DNA of 64,000 nt from Eledone cirrhosa. Its lineage: Eukaryota. Each line of letters begins with the position of its first letter. The first letter of the stretch is position 1. Positions 13,613 to 27,719 of the stretch are shown here, piece by piece. The stretch covers positions 34,162,001 through 34,226,000 of the forward strand of contig OZ024760.1 of NCBI GenBank assembly GCA_964016885.1, read 5' to 3'. Made by a program: the position numbers and the translations under genes. Under the pieces are notes generated by a model. That model did not search any database and was not told where the DNA came from. It saw only the letters and a program-made list of their open reading frames with translations.

Positions 13613-14285
13613 GGGGATTCCTTTCTTTTTTTGTTTCTGTGCCTTTCCTTTCTTCTGTCCTACGCCATTTTGTTTCTGTGTGTGTGTTGTGTGCTCAGTT
13701 TGCGCATGCGCCACATCCGGGTGTCTGTGTGTGTTTGTGTTCATTTATCTATTTGTTTATTTATTTACATGTTGTTGGTTGGTTGTTTGTTCTATGTGTG
13801 TGTGTGTTTTCATTTTGTCCTTAATTGTAAGTTGTGATGTTGCTGTTCCACTCATATTTTCTATTTAATTTTGGTTGTAATTCTTTTATGTTTACTGCCT
13901 CTGTAATTTGCCTAAACATTGCATCTTTTCTGTGTGTGGATTCTATTTTTATTTCTATGTTCTCTAATATGATTAGTTGTCTGTCAGAAATAGAAAAATC
14001 ATTTACAAAACTACACTGGAGTATCAAAAACAAAAGCAACAATATACGCACACACATATACAACACACATCCCAACAACAACAGACACACAGACACAAAC
14101 AACAATAACAACAACACACACATCAACAACAACAACAATAGCAACATACCCAGAAACAACAACAACAGACATGCAGACACAAACAACAATAACAACACAC
14201 ACAACAACGATAAGACACACGGAGACAACAACAACACACATCAACAACAGCACACATCAACAACAACAACACACACACGCATTCA

Positions 14286-16992
14286 ATGCCTCTCACCACC
14301 ACCACAATCTTAACAAACACACAGACACAGAAAACAAGTAATGACAGTAGCACAGAAATCACAGAAATAAGGGAAAGTAATAGGATTAAAAGGAGAAGGG
14401 AGACTAAGGACAAAGAGAATAACCAAGACGAACACACAGACACACAAAATAGGGTAGATAACAACATTGAGCCAGTGGAAAGAGACAGGAGTAATTATGA
14501 GAGACATAGAAACAACCATGAGGCTGTTGGTGGAAATAGAAATAGAAACAACACAACTAACAATAACAATAGCACTAGTACACATAAAGCAGCAGCCTGG
14601 AACTCTCCGTTTTATAATCCCTCCGATAAATCATTCGACCTGCGACGAGTCCACGCCACGACTTTGCCATTTAACAAACGCACGCAGTTGCCGTCGCAGG
14701 TCGATGAACAAACAGAAGCACAATTTAGTATAGCTAGATCCGAACTTAGAAATATTATAGAACAGTATAGCAAGAAGCATAATGGAATAGAGGCCCAGCA
14801 ACTGGGAGAAAAATCTGCAAATGGCTTGCGTAAGCTCATGCAGCGCTCACGTAATGGAGAGATAGCATGCTTTCCAACAGACAAATCTGGCAGAATGTCG
14901 GTTGACAGCCTGCCAAACTACATCCAGGCAATGCAACCCCACATCACTAACACAAGAGAGGTAACACCGCAGGAGCATGAGGATAGAGAAAAAGCCCTCA
15001 ATGCCCATATGGTGATGTGGACGAATATAATGCAGCCCAACAAAAGGACTGCCAACAACTTCCAGGCCTGGAACAATGACGTGCCGGCGTTGTATGGGCT
15101 TCGAAAAGACCATAAAACGGGCTGTGACCCTGTCGCGAGACCACCAACACGGCCAGTCTGTGGAGCTAACATTGCTAGTAACTACAGACTGTCCTACTTC
15201 CTCTCCCTGATCATACGCACCATCATTGAGATGTCCCCGGATGTATGTGACAGTACGGAGGACCTCCTCAGCGGAATCGGCGTGAGTAACCGATCTGGGG
15301 ACCTAACAAACTGCATAATAGGCAGTATGGATGTTGTGTCCCTGTATCCATCTATTGACGTGGATTTTGCTGTGGAGAAATGCGTAGAAATGATCAGCGA
15401 GAGCAAGGTTGAGTTCCGTGGGATTGATACCAGTGAGCTGGGACTTCTACTTAAGCTTGCCCATAGTAATAGTTACCTAGACACTTATGACCTTAGCAAC
15501 CTGTGCCCTACAAGACCAGCAAGAGGCAGACCACCTACCATTACCTCAATGGCCAAGAAAACCCACACAGATAGATGGAACGGGTGGACCAGAGCCATAC
15601 GGACACCCGAAAACCACGATGAACTGAAGAAAATGATTGCACATGCGGTAGGGGCCAGCATAAAACTAACCCTTAAGGAACATATGTTCAAATTTAATGG
15701 AAAAACATATGCCCAAGAGGAAGGAGCAGCCATTGGTGTTAGCATTGCAGGCGACATAGCTAACTTATTCATGGTATGGTGGGACAGTAGACTTAAACTT
15801 AAACTTAAAGAACAATTAGAAGACAGCTTAACCCTGATAATGTACTCCCGCTACGTAGATGATATAAACATCGTAGTTAAGACACCCCCACTAGAGAACA
15901 GTCAGGAACTAGAGAAAAACACAATGGAAAGCATCCAGCAAATAGCAAACTCCATCCACCAGAGCATTAGAGTTACTATAGACTACCCAAGTAGACACCC
16001 CAACCATCGATTACCTGTACTAGACACAGAGCTCTGGTTAGATACCATTAACAACCAAAAACAAATCCTCCATTCCCATTATGCCAAACCCATGACTTCC
16101 AAACATCTGATCCACCGAAACTCGGCCATTTCGGACCATACCAAAATCAACATATTGATTGCGGATTTGGTACGGGTGATGAGAAATGTGTCCCGCATGT
16201 GCAACCCCGAAGAACTAGAGAGACACATACAACACTTCATCCACCGTATGCAGTTCTCTGGCTACAATCAGAGAGATAGAATCAGAGTGTATAGAGGAGC
16301 CAGAACCAAATGGGAAAAAATGGTAAATAATGACATAAATGGGACCTGCCCCTTGTATAGGAGCAAATTTTGGAATAGAATAGAAAGAACTAGGAACAAG
16401 GCCAATAGAATAAACTCATGGTATGATAGCAATAAATACCAGAGTGTAATGTTCATCAATACAACCCCTAGAGGCGAACTAGCCTACAAATTTAGAAGGG
16501 CCCTAAATAAACATAAACTCAATATTAAGATAGTAGAAAGACCAGGTACCTCCGTAAAAACACTTATTAGCAAGACATACCCGTTCCAAAGACCCTCATG
16601 TATAGATAAGAAATGTATAACCTGTAAAATAAGCCCCCATATTAACTGTAAAACTAGAAATGTAGTGTATAGCATAAGATGTACTGAAGGACAATGTAGA
16701 AACAAAAATATAGTGTACATAGGTGAGACAGCTCGTAGTATAGGGGAACGGATAAATGAACACTGGCGAGACCTTCAAGATAATAAAGAATCATCTGTAC
16801 TAAGATGCTAAGATAGAACATGCTAAGATAGAACACAAGGGTAAATTAGAGAACATAGAAATAAAAATAGAATCCACACACAGAAAAGATGCAATGTTTA
16901 GGCAAATTACAGAGGCAGTAAGCATAAAAGAATTACAACCAAAATTAAATAGAAAATATGAGTGGAACAGCAACATCACAACTTACAATTAA
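14286..16992 (+). CDS. PLE polyprotein: RT, Cys-rich linker, C-terminal GIY-YIG endonuclease; frame broken near 16805 by a short tandem duplication (TGCTAAGATAGAACA x2)
   Basis: LYGLRKDHK, RPV, SMDVVSLYPSI, GAAIG, RYVDD, LPVLD, C-x4-C-x2-C, NVVYSIRC...YIGET.R...R.NEH; continues after the lesion as ...RQITEAV...PKLNRKYEW. Confidence 0.9.
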
Positions 16993-17196
16993 GGACAAAA
17001 TGAAAACACACACACACATAGAACAAACAACCAACCAACAACATGTAAATAAATAAACAAATAGATAAATGAACACAAACACACACAGACACCCGGATGT
17101 GGCGCATGCGCAAACTGAGCACACAACACACAGAAACAAAATGGCGTAGGACAGAAGAAAGGAAAGGCACAGAAACCAAAAAAGAAAGGAATCCCC

Positions 17197-17241
17197 AGTC
17201 ACTGAAGAGGTCACAGAGTGTGCGACGAAAGGACTATGACT
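17197..17241 (+). ncRNA. Minimal type I hammerhead ribozyme, family A
   Basis: Same fold as 13568-13612 with one stem II mismatch. Confidence 0.72.
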
Positions 17242-17499
17242 ATATATAAACAACTATCTGGTTGTGGAACCAACCAACCAGAAATTTATAAGTTTGTAGA
17301 TTTGTAAATTTATAAATTTATAAATATATAATAAATTGAAGTGAAAGCAATTGGTGCGTGTGTTTCTTATTGGCAACATGACCCTCCCAAAGTATAACAA
17401 TATCGGTTTCAACACACGATTTCAGATAAAGAATCTTGCTAAACAAATTCAGATACGAAATATATATATATATGATATATATATAATTATATGTATATA

Positions 17500-17682
17500 T
17501 AATTGTTTCTACTTTAGGCACAAGGCCAGCAATTACCCAGTACATTACTGGTACTTTATTTTATCGACCCCGTAAGGATGAAAGGCAAAGTTAACCTCGG
17601 CGGGATTTGAACTCAGACTGTAAAGCGACCTAACTATGCTAGAAAGCATGGCGTCCAACCCTCTACCGATACTGCCAATTCA
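17500..17682 (-). mobile_element. tRNA-derived SINE (Meta-domain-like)
   Basis: A box TGGCAGTATCGG, B box GAGTTCAAATCC and core GCCTTTCATCCTTACGGGGTCGATAAAATAAAGTACCAG on the minus strand. Confidence 0.85.
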
Positions 17683-17711
17683 TAATTATGTATAATTATA
17701 TATATATAATT

Positions 17712-20700
17712 ATGTGTGCATGTGTGTGTATGTGTATCTATCTATTTGTGATGTCTATGCATGTGTCTATTGATGTTTGTGTCTATCTGTCAATGTATGT
17801 ATGTGTGTGTGTGTGTATCTAACCATGTATGTGTGTGTGTATCTATCCATGTATCTGTGTGTGTGTATCTATCCATGTGTGTGTGTGTAACCATGTGTGT
17901 GTGTGTATCTATCCATGTATGTGTGTGTGTATCCATGTGTGTGTGTGTGTGTGTATCTAGCCATGTATGTGTGTGTGTATCCATGTGTGTGTCTATCTAT
18001 CCATGTATGTGTGTGTGTAACTATGTGTGTGTGTATCTATCCCTGTATGTGTGTGTGTATATCCATGTGTGTGAGTGTGTATCTATCCATGTATGTGTGT
18101 GTATATATCCATGTGTGGGTGTGTGTGCATCTATCCATGTATATGTGTGTGTGTATCTATCCATGTATGTGCGTGTATCTATCCATGTGTGTGTGTATCT
18201 ATCCATGTATGTGTGTATATCTATCCATGTGTGTGTGTATTTATCCATGTATATGTGTGTGTATCTATCCATGTTTGTGTGTATCTATCCATGAACGTGT
18301 GTGTGTATCTATCCATGTGTGTGTATCTATACATGTGTGTGTGTGTGTATCTATACATGTATATGTGTGTGTATCTATCCACGTATGTGTGTGTATCTAT
18401 ACATGTATGTGTGTGTGTATCTATCCACGTATGTGTGTGTATCTATCCATGTATGTGTGTGTGTATCTATCCATGTATGTGTGTGTATCTATCCATGTGT
18501 GTGTGTGTATCTATCCATGTATATGTGTGTGTGTGTATATAACCATGTATGTGTGTGTGTGTATCTATCCATGTATGTGTGTGTGTCTGTATCTATCCAT
18601 GTATGTATGTGTGTGTGTCTCTATCCATGTATGTGTGTGTATCTATCCATGTGTGTGTATCTATACATGTATGTGTGTGTGTATCTATCCACGTATGTGT
18701 GTGTATCTGTCCATGTATGTGTGTGTGTATGTATCTATCCATGTATGTGTGTGCGTGTATCTATCCATGTATGTGTGTGTGTGTATCTATCCATGTGTGT
18801 GTGTGTGTGTATCTATCCATGTATGTGTGTGTATCTATCCATGTGTGTGTGTATCTATTCATGCGTGTGTGTGTATCTATACATGTGTGTGTGTGTATCT
18901 ATCCATATATGTGTGTGTGTGTATCTATTCATGTATGTGTGTGTGTGTATGTATCCATGTATGTGTGTATGTATCTATCCATGTATGTGTGTGTGTATCT
19001 TTCAATATGTGTATGTGTGTGTATATCTCTCCAAGTATGTGTGTGTGTGTATCCATGTATGCGTGTGTGTATCTATCCATGTATGTGTGTGTGTATCTAT
19101 CCATGTGTGTGTGTGTATCTATCCATGTATGTGTGTGTGTATCTATCCATGTATGTGTGTGTATCTATCCATGTGTGTGTGTATCTATCAATGTATGTGT
19201 GTGTGTGTATCTATCCATGTATGTGTGTGTATCTATCCATGTGTGTGTATCTATCCATGTGTGTGTGTGTGTGTATCTATCCATGTATGCGTGTGTGTGT
19301 ATTTATCCATGTATGTATGTGTGTGTGTATCTATCCATGTATGTGTGTGTGTATCTATCTATGTGTGTGTGTGTCTATCCATATATGTGTGTGTCTCTAG
19401 TCATGTGTGTGTGTCTATCCATGTATGTATGTGTGTGTGTGTATCTATCCATGTATGTGTGTGTGTATCTATCCATGTATGTGTGTGTGTATCTATCCAT
19501 GTGTGTGTGTGTGTATCTATCCATGTATGTATGTGTGTGTGTCTATCCATGTATGTTTGTGTGTGTATCTATCCATGTGTGTGTGTGTGTATCTATCTAT
19601 GTATGTGCGGGTGTGTATCTATCCATGTGTGTGTGTATGTATCTATCCATGTATTTATGTGTGTGTATCTATCCATGTATGTGTGTATCTATCCCTGTCT
19701 GTGTGTGTGTGTGTATCTATCCATGTATGTGTGTGTGTGTGTCTATCCATGTATGTGTGTGTGTATCTATCCATGTACGTATGTGTGTGTGTATCTATCC
19801 ATGTATGGGTGTGTGTGTATCTATCCATGTATGTATGTATGTGTGTATCTATCCCTGTCTGTGTGTGTGTGTGTATATATCCATGTATATGTGTGTGTAT
19901 CTATCCATGTGAGTGTGTGTGTATCTATCCATGTATGTATGTGTGTGTGTCTATCCATGTATGTTTGTGTGTGTATCTATCCATGTGTGTGTGTGTGTAT
20001 CTATCTATGTATGTGTGTGTGTGTATCTATCCATGTGTGTGTGTATGTATCTATCCATGAATGTATGTGTGTGTATCTATCCATGTATGTGTGTATCTAT
20101 CCCTGTCTGTCTGTGTGTGTGTGTGTATCTGTCCATGTATGTGTGTGTGTGTATCTATCCATGTATGTATGTGTGTGTGTGTATCTATCCATGCGTGTGT
20201 GTGTATCAATGCTTGTATGTGTGTGTGTGTATCTATCCATGTGTGTGTGTATCTATCCATGTGTGTGTGTGTATCTATCCATGTATGCATGTGTGTATCT
20301 ATCATATGTATGTGTGTGTGTGTGTGTATCTATCCATGTGTGTCTGTGTATCTATCTATGTGTGTGTGTGTATCTATCCATGTATGTATGTGTGTATCTA
20401 TCAATATGTGTGTGTGTGTGTATATCTCTCCATGTATGTGTGTGTGTATCTATCCATGTATGTGTGTTTGTGTGTATCTGTCCATGTATGTGTGTGTGTG
20501 TATGTATCCATGTATGTATGTGTGTGTGTATCTATCCATGTATGTGTGTGTATCTATCCATGTATGTGTGTGTATCTATCCATGTATGTGTGTGTGTGTG
20601 TATATCTATCCATGTATGTATGTGTGTGTGTCTATTCATGTATGTGTGTGTGTATCTGTCCATGCATGTGCGTGTGTCTCTAGCCATGTGTGTGTATCTA

Positions 20701-23700
20701 TCCATGTATGTGAGTGTGTACCTATCCATGTGTGTGTATCTATCCATGTATGTGTGTGTGTATCAATCTTTGTATGTGTGTGTGTATCTATCCATGTATG
20801 TGTGTGTGTATCTATCCATGTGTGTGTATCTATCCATGTATGTGTGTGTGTATCTATCCATGTATGTGTGTGTGTATCTATCCAGGTGTGTGTATCTATC
20901 CATGTCTCTCTGTGTGTGTATCTATCCATGTCTCTGTGTGTGTGTATCATCCATGTATGTGTATGTGTATCTATCCCTGCATGTGCGTCTGTCTCTAGCC
21001 ATGTGTGTGTATCTATCCATGTATGTGAGTGTGTCTATCTATCCATGTATGTATGTGTGTATCTACCAATATGTGTGTGTGTGTGTGTATATCTCTCCAT
21101 GTATGTGTGTGTGTGTATCTATCCATGTCTGTGTGTGTAAATCTATCCATGTATGTGTGTGTGTGTATCTATCCATGTGTGTGTGTGTATCTATCCATGT
21201 ATGTGTGTGTATCTATCCATGTGTGTGTGTGCATGTATTTTTCCATGTATGTGTGTGTGTGTATCTATCCATGTATGTGTGTGTGTGTGTATCTATCTAT
21301 GTGTGTGTGTGTGTGTATCTATCCATGTGTGTGTGTGTGTATCTATCCATGTATGTGTGTGTGTGTATCTATCCATGTATGTGTGTGTATCTATCCATGT
21401 GTGTTTGTGTATCTATCCATGTGTGTGTCTGTGTATCTATCCATGTATGTGTGTGTGTGTATCTATCGATGTATGTGTGTGTGTGTGTATCTATCCATGT
21501 ATGTGTGTATGTGTGTCTATCCATGTATGTGTGTGTGTGCGTGTCTCTAGTCATGTGTGTGTATCTATCCTTGTATGTATGTGTGTATCTATCCATGTAT
21601 GTGTGTGTGTGTATCTATCCATGTATGTGTGTGTGTGTATCTATCCATGTATGTGTGTGTGTGTATCTATCCATGTATGTGTATGTGTGTATCTATCCAT
21701 GTATGTGTGTGTATCTATCCATGTGTGTGTGTGTGTATCTATCCATGTATGTATGTGTGTGTGTCTATCCATGTATGTGTGTATCTATCCATGTGTGTGT
21801 GTGTGTATCTATCCATGTATGTGTGTGTGTGTGCATCTATCCATGTGTGTGTGTGAATCTATCCATATATGTGTGTGTGTATCTATCGATGTATGTGTGT
21901 GTTTGTGTATCTATCCATGTATGTATGTGTGTGTGTCTATCCATGTATGTGTGTGTGTGCGTGTCTCTAGTCATGTGTGTGTATCTATCCTTGTATGTAT
22001 GTGTGTATCTATCCATGTATGTGTGTGTGTGTATCTATCCATGTATGTGTGTGTGTGTATCTATCCATGTATGTGTGTGTATCTATCCATGTATGTGTAT
22101 GTGTGTATCTATCCATGTATGTGTATGTATCTATCCATGTGTGTGTGTGTGTATCTATCCATGTATGTATGTGTGTGTGTCTATCCATGTATGTGTGTGT
22201 GTGTATCTATCCATGTGTGTGTGTGTGTATCTATCCATGTATGTGTGTGTGTGTGCATCTATCCATGTGTGTGTGTGAATCTATCCATATATGTGTGTGT
22301 GTATCTATCCATGTATGTGTGTGTGTATCTATCCATGTATGTGTGTGTGTATCTATCCATGTGTGTGTGTGTGTATCTATCCATGTATGTGTGTGTGTGT
22401 ATCTATCCAAGTGTGTGTATCTATCCATGTGTGTGTGTGTGTATCTATACATCTATGTATGTGTGTACCTATCCCTATCTGTGTGTGTGTGTATCTATCG
22501 ATGTATGTGTGTGTGTGTATCTATCAATGTATGTGTGTGTGTGTGTATATCTATCCATGAATGTGTGTGTGTGTGTATCTATCCATGTATGTCTGTGTGT
22601 GTATCTATCCATGTATGTATGTGTGTGTGTATCTATCCATGTATGGGTGTGTATCTATCCATGTTTGTGTGTGTATGTATGCTTGTATGTGTGTGTGTGT
22701 ATCTATCCATATCTGTGTGTATCTATCCATGTGTGTGTGTGTGTATCTATCCATGTATGTGTGTGTGTATCTATCATATGTATGTGTGTGTGTGTATCTA
22801 TCCATGTGTGTGTGTATCTATCCATGTGTGTGTGTGTATCTATCCATGTATGTATGTTTTTCTATCAATATGTATGTGTGTGCATATCTATCCATATATA
22901 TGTGTGTATCTATCCATGTGTGTATGTGTGTCTATCCATGTATGTGTGTGTGTGCGTGTCTCTAGTCATGTATGTGTGCGTGTATCTATCCATGTGTGTG
23001 TGTGTGTGTATCTATCGATGTATGTGTGTGTTTGTGTATCTATCCATGTATGTATGTGTGTGTATCTATCCATGTGTGTGTGTGTGTATCTATCCATGTA
23101 TGTGTATGTGTGTATCTATCCATGTATGTGTGTGTATCTATCCATGTGTGTGTGTGTGTATCTATCCATGTATGTATGTGTGTGTGTCTATCCATGTATG
23201 TGTGTATCTATCCATGTGTGTGTGTGTGTATCTATCCATGTATGTGTGTGTGTGTGCATCTATCCATGTGTGTGTGTGAATCTATCCATATATGTGTGTG
23301 TGTATCTATCGATGTATGTGTGTGTTTGTGTATCTATCCATGTATGTATGTGTGTGTGTCTATCCATGTATGTGTGTGTGTGCGTGTCTCTAGTCATGTG
23401 TGTGTATCTATCCTTGTATGTATGTGTGTATCTATCCATGTATGTGTGTGTGTGTATCTATCCATGTATGTGTGTGTGTGTATCTATCCATGTATGTGTG
23501 TGTATCTATCCATGTATGTGTATGTGTGTATCTATCCATGTATGTGTATGTATCTATCCATGTGTGTGTGTGTGTATCTATCCATGTATGTATGTGTGTG
23601 TGTCTATCCATGTATGTGTGTGTGTGTATCTATCCATGTGTGTGTGTGTGTATCTATCCATGTATGTGTGTGTGTGTGCATCTATCCATGTGTGTGTGTG

Positions 23701-24640
23701 AATCTATCCATATATGTGTGTGTGTATCTATCCATGTATGTGTGTGTGTATCTATCCATGTATGTGTGTGTGTATCTATCCATGTGTGTGTGTGTGTATC
23801 TATCCATGTATGTGTGTGTGTGTATCTATCCAAGTGTGTGTATCTATCCATGTGTGTGTGTGTGTATCTATACATCTATGTATGTGTGTACCTATCCCTA
23901 TCTGTGTGTGTGTGTATCTATCGATGTATGTGTGTGTGTGTATCTATCAATGTATGTGTGTGTGTGTGTATATCTATCCATGAATGTGTGTGTGTGTGTA
24001 TCTATCCATGTATGTCTGTGTGTGTATCTATCCATGTATGTATGTGTGTGTGTATCTATCCATGTATGGGTGTGTATCTATCCATGTTTGTGTGTGTATG
24101 TATGCTTGTATGTGTGTGTGTGTATCTATCCATATCTGTGTGTATCTATCCATGTGTGTGTGTGTGTATCTATCCATGTATGTGTGTGTGTATCTATCAT
24201 ATGTATGTGTGTGTGTGTATCTATCCATGTGTGTGTGTATCTATCCATGTGTGTGTGTGTATCTATCCATGTATGTATGTTTTTCTATCAATATGTATGT
24301 GTGTGCATATCTATCCATATATATGTGTGTATCTATCCATGTGTGTATGTGTGTCTATCCATGTATGTGTGTGTGTGCGTGTCTCTAGTCATGTATGTGT
24401 GCGTGTATCTATCCATGTGTGTGTGTGTGTGTATCTATCGATGTATGTGTGTGTTTGTGTATCTATCCATGTATGTATGTGTGTGTATCTATCCATGTGT
24501 GTGTGTGTGTATCTATCCGTGTATGTGTATGTGTGTATCTATCCATGTATGTGTGTGTGTGTATCTATCCATGTCTGTGTGTGTGTGTATCTATCCATGT
24601 ATGTGTCTGTGTGTATCTATCCATGTATGTGTGTGTGTAT
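17712..24640. repeat. ~6.9-kb compound satellite, TATCTATCCATG(TA)(TG)n units of variable length
   Basis: Directly visible; source of the C/V/Y/M-rich pseudo-ORFs. Confidence 0.97.
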
Positions 24641-25214
24641 CCTAGTACAACCTGTCTCATGGTCGGGTCGTTGGCGACTAAACTGGCAACCCCACCAAGG
24701 TTTCTTGGTGAGGAGGGTGACTTTGGACATTCTGCAGGACTAAAAACAAAACCCGTCAAAGGGCAGAGGAGCTCTTAAAAGTCAATGGCCATCCAAAATC
24801 ACCGGGAGAGATGACCCCTTAGCCTTTGTCAAGGCAGCATTCTAGGAGAAGGAAAACTCTGATATAACAACTGCTACCCTGATGGTATCTAATGATGTTG
24901 ACTTGTTCTTCTTTTTGGCAAATATCATCTTGGTTATGAGAGTGGGACTGGCTTTGTGCAGTGCCTTTGCTCACTATAAAAGCTTCACGGCACAGGCATT
25001 GCTTTATATCTGGAGATCTCTCTGCACTTGTCGTCACATGGTACCATGGGCCTAGCACTTTGTGTCAATAATTGTCACAAGTGTAGTGTTTGTACCAGAG
25101 TTTTCAAGTCGCTGGCTAGACTAAAAAGTCACACTCGTTCAGCGCATCGGTAGGGGTTCTCCTACATGGATATAAAGTAGTGGCCGTACTCGAAAACGAG
25201 TTGGCAGCCATCAT
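24636..25214 (+). repeat. ~575-bp dispersed repeat, copy 1; 5' half resembles an RTE-type 5' UTR
   Basis: Closely similar to 34452-35028; contains CTAGGAGAAGGAAAACTCTGA, recalled from RTE 5' regions. Confidence 0.8.
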
Positions 25215-25366
25215 GTGTTGTGTATCTATCCATGTATGTGTGTGTGTATCTATCCATGTCTGTGTGTGTGTGTATCTATCCATGTCTGTGTGTGTGTGTG
25301 TATCTATCCATGTGTGTGTGTGTAAATACCCATGTGTGTGTGTGTGTATCTATCCATGTATGTATG

Positions 25367-25543
25367 TAAATACAGGTAAACACAGGTAAACACTGGTAAA
25401 CACAGGTAAACACTGGTAAACTCTGGTAAACTCTGGTAACACAGGTAAACACATGTAAACACTGTTAAACACAGGTAAACACAGGTAAACACTGGTAAAC
25501 ACAGGTAAACAGAAGTAAACACAGGTAAACACTGGTAAACACA
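25367..25543. repeat. 10-bp minisatellite (ACAGGTAAAC / ACTGGTAAAC)
   Basis: Directly visible. Confidence 0.95.
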
Positions 25544-25657
25544 CACCTTCATATCAATTAATATCAGAGACTTGAGGGGGTGGTTCTGTTATTGCCCCGC
25601 CACCGCCTCATACACCCCTCCCATCCGGTTTATATCAAAGTGTTACTGCAGAAAACT

Positions 25658-26062
25658 GTGGTGGTCGTGGTGTTGGTGGTGGTGGTGGTGGGGTTAATGA
25701 GAGTGGTGGTGGTGTTGGTGGTGTTGGGGGGGGGGGGGTAGTGAGAGGGGGGGGGGGGGTGTTGGTGGTGGTGGTGGTTATGGTGAGAGTGGTGGTGGTG
25801 GTGGTTATGGTGAGAGTGGTGATGGTGGTGGTGCTGGTGGTTTGGTGTGGTGGTGGTGGTGCTGGTGGGGTTAGTGAGAGTGGTGGTGGTGGTAGTGATG
25901 GGGTTAGTGAGAGTGGTGGTGGTGATATGGTGTGGTGGTGGTGGTGGTAGTGGTGGTGAGGATGGTACCACCACTATCACCACTACCACCACCACCACCA
26001 CCACCACCACTCTCACCATAACCACCAGCACCTCCACCACTACCACTACCCCAACCACTACT
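25658..26062. repeat. (GGT)n-rich tract followed by an inverted (ACC)n tract
   Basis: Strand switch at GGTACC near 25966. Confidence 0.85.
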
Positions 26063-26174
26063 CGGAGTATATATATATATATATATGTAGGAGGCGAGTT
26101 TTATTGTAGCACAATAAAGCAATGCAAATATCGGACAAGTAGCACTCTACAATTTGTAGGACTGGAGTATAAAT

Positions 26175-26363
26175 AATTGTTTCTACTTTTGGCACAAGGC
26201 CATCAATTACCCAGTACATTACTGGTACTTTATTTTATCGACCCCGTAAGGATGAAAGGCAAAGTTAACCTCGGCGGGATTTGAACTCAGACCGCAAAGG
26301 GACGTAACTATGCTGGAAAGCATGGCGTCCGACTCTCTACCGATACTGCCAATCCACCGCCCT
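26175..26363 (-). mobile_element. tRNA-derived SINE (Meta-domain-like)
   Basis: Closely similar to 17500-17682. Confidence 0.87.
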
Positions 26364-26460
26364 TCCACTGGAGTATAAATAATACTCCGACTGGAGTATA
26401 AATAATATAAGATCAAAGATGGTTAAAATACTTGGAACTCTTTTAACCATCTTTTGATCT

Positions 26461-26499
<39 letters not shown>

Positions 26500-26559
26500 A
26501 AAGTTCTATTTAAAATTGTTGGGATACAACAAGTAAATATGGCTTCCAAAAATAATGGT

Positions 26560-26770
26560 TGCATTTTAAAAGGGTACGTCAAAGCTTATTTGTAAAACTG
26601 TTATAGTTTGTATGTTGTCTGATGAAGGCATACCATAATTTAATTTGGTATCCCTGAAATATGTATAATGAAATAAATATGGTTTTATAAATATAGTTTT
26701 CATTTATTAATATCGTATATATATATATATATATATACGATATTAATAAATGGAAACTATATTTATAAAA

Positions 26771-26774
<4 letters not shown>
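26560..26774 (+). mobile_element. pLTR-like fragment (family D) with HHR core at ~26614-26669 and a tail-to-tail inverted copy of its end across (TA)n
   Basis: CUGAUGA-AGG(C)AUACCA/UGGUAU(C)CCU-GAAA; ~26679-26716 inverted at ~26737-26774; relative at 39630-39750. Confidence 0.6.
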
Positions 26775-26864
<90 letters not shown>

Positions 26865-27007
26865 CGAAGGAAATGTGGTAAGGAACGAGATGGACCATAA
26901 CGCACCAAAGTACTCAATACTAAGGTTGTAGAGTGGGTAATAGGTACTACTAGTCCAGAATTAGCCGTCGAAACGGCTTGAGCTCAGCCGTCGGTGTCCT
27001 ACTCGTT

Positions 27008-27052
<45 letters not shown>

Positions 27053-27381
27053 TAAAGTGTTAAACAATATTCAATGATTATGTCAAAGAATGAGTTTTAC
27101 AGTAGATTGGAAGCACTCTAAGAAAAAATAATTTTCCGGAGTTATTAATATTAAATATAAATATTAATATGTTCAAAAGAACATCTATTTTATTAATATT
27201 TATATTTTTATATATATATGTATATATACATATAAACTCCCAGAAGAGGGAGCTAGGGGTGTCAGAAGAGAGAAAAACGGAGCTAGGGGGTTAGAGAAGA
27301 AAAACAAGTGACATAGAAGGGAGGTAACTTTGCTGGTCATTATTAGACAAGAGTGTAGCCGGTTCTATGGTAATTTTACAC

Positions 27382-27482
<101 letters not shown>

Positions 27483-27719
27483 CGTTGTACTGCCTCTCTG
27501 TTTTGTTCCTGTTCAAATTTTCCATTATATATATATATAAATGAAAGGTATAGAAAACAATTTGAATTATATATATATAAATTATATATATTCACACACT
27601 CACATATATATACGCACATATAAAAAGACATATTATAAAGATATAAACAGTACATCATAAATATATTGGAAAGTAGAGAGACGCGGTAAACAGTAACTGG
27701 AGAGTGGATGATTTTCTTG

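Larger units (their letters stand above)
13400..17460 (+). mobile_element. Penelope-like element (Neptune-like) with ~560-bp inverted duplication of its 3' end, inserted in (AT)n
   Basis: 13400-13968 is the reverse complement of ~16846-17402; RT-GIY-YIG ORF lies between; (AT)n on both sides. Confidence 0.93.

Noticed and set aside
14286-16811. Naiad-type PLE with N-terminal endonuclease or selenocysteine readthrough
   Set aside because: The GIY-YIG domain is C-terminal in all PLEs here, and the breaks are frameshifts or TAA stops, not in-frame TGA at Cys positions.
17761-24778. Long Cys/Val-rich ORFs up to 1325 aa
   Set aside because: All three frames are open because (TG)n/TATCCA repeats lack stops.
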